Shown here: positions 52,135-52,789 of the stretch, in pieces
Layout: every line of letters starts with the position of its first letter
Numbering within the stretch: position 1 is the stretch's first letter
NCBI GenBank assembly: GCA_027459725.1
Contig: DAIDHK010000008.1
Location: 1 to 52,789 of the forward strand
Direction: 5' to 3'
DNA length: 52,789 bases
Source: Candidatus Levyibacteriota bacterium
Lineage (GTDB): Bacteria; Patescibacteriota; Microgenomatia; Levybacterales; UBA12049
Program-made: the position numbers and the translations under genes
Notes under the pieces: generated by a model
Seen by the model: the letters and a program-made list of their open reading frames with translations, nothing else
The model's database searches: none
What the model was told of the DNA's origin: nothing

Positions 52135-52789
52135 ATGGATAATACCCCCGGGTTATTGAACACAGTACGTAACTGGATAGTTTCGCATAAGAAAGAGAGT
52201 ACTGGTGTTGTAATTGTTATTTTCGTTTTCCTTATTTTTCTAATAACGCTTCTCTCTCATTCTGCGATTAATCAATCGACTCCACTACAATCTGCTTCCC
52301 ATAAGACCTCTAAAACTGCCTCCTCTGCTACTGAGTCCAGCTATCCTGCACCAATTGTTAACTTTACCTCATATACTCCTGCTACTACTTCTACTATCTT
52401 AAATGCACTTCCTCAGGTTTCCCTCTCCAGCTACTCTTTCATGTATAACTTTACCAAAGATCAGATAGTGAGTTTTGCCGGTAAGCTGGGATTAACTGAT
52501 TTTAAAACCACCTCAACCAATTACGATCTGGTTACCAATATGACGGATATGCATCATAGAGGAATGCTGGTATTTGATCATTTGAATGGGTACTTTGTCT
52601 ATCAATCTTACGCTGATACAATGCCTGCTAACTATACAGCAGGGATGTCTCCTACAACTGAAGCTCTTTCTATGCTAAATACTCTTGGACTGTCAGATCC
52701 AACTCTTTCCTGTCCTGTAACCTATCAAAGGAAAGATACTCCATTTACCTATGTAGAGTGTCATAGGGATTGGGGAAAAATTGGTGCTC
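52135..52789 (+). CDS. membrane-anchored Ser/Thr-rich protein, 3' end beyond the window
   Basis: Hand translation from ATG 52135 (MDNTPGLLNTVRNWIVSHKKESTGVVIVIFVFLIFLITLL...) has no stop up to the window end. Absent from the ORF track, presumably because it has no stop. Confidence 0.5.
   Translation, partial: MDNTPGLLNTVRNWIVSHKKESTGVVIVIFVFLIFLITLLSHSAINQSTPLQSASHKTSKTASSATESSYPAPIVNFTSYTPATTSTILNALPQVSLSSYSFMYNFTKDQIVSFAGKLGLTDFKTTSTNYDLVTNMTDMHHRGMLVFDHLNGYFVYQSYADTMPANYTAGMSPTTEALSMLNTLGLSDPTLSCPVTYQRKDTPFTYVECHRDWGKIGA

Overview
AT-rich bacterial window with compact, mostly short genes. The gene content includes a trigger factor without a PPIase domain, many small uncharacterised proteins, a LAGLIDADG remnant and a minimal Gram-positive-type T4SS. 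This fits a reduced-genome lineage such as Patescibacteria/CPR, but that placement is inference only. Standard genetic code (TGA is used as a stop).

Layout:
(i) 1-8.4 kb, chromosomal backbone. It holds a partial DDE transposase, an orphan gene, an ilvB-ilvN-ilvA-ridA operon, trigger factor, tRNA-Leu(UAG) and two paralogous secreted proteins. The orphan gene and the ilv operon are each preceded by homologous leader-peptide transcription attenuators, one Leu-rich and one Ile-rich.
(ii) 8.5-19.2 kb, genomic island 1. It is inserted at the 3' end of tRNA-Leu(CAG) and carries a large serine recombinase. It is bounded by a 13-bp direct repeat. Contents include a GTTAC iteron-like array, a GC-rich structured leader and miscellaneous cargo (DUF4238, PNPOx-like, DHFR-like, SET-domain, transglutaminase-like, lycopene-cyclase-domain proteins).
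(iii) 19.9-51.2 kb, island 2. It is inserted at tRNA-Leu(GAG) and carries a second, related serine recombinase. It has the parts list of an integrative conjugative element: coupling ATPase, replication-relaxation protein, VirB2-like pilin, pilin-VirB6 fusion, PrgI-like protein, split VirB4, M23 wall hydrolase and a PIN/RHH toxin-antitoxin pair. A ~18 kb heavy-metal and thiol-redox cargo (CzcD, two P1B ATPases, two CsoR, CopZ, CopY/BlaI-BlaR1 pair, DsbA-like proteins, cupredoxin-like domain proteins, DUF302/DUF305/DUF3105) is wired by a recurring TACTACA-N3-TGTAGTA box.
(iv) tRNA-Val(UAC) and a partial membrane-anchored ORF.

No rRNA genes or CRISPR arrays were seen. All family assignments come from motif recognition by eye; no searches were run.
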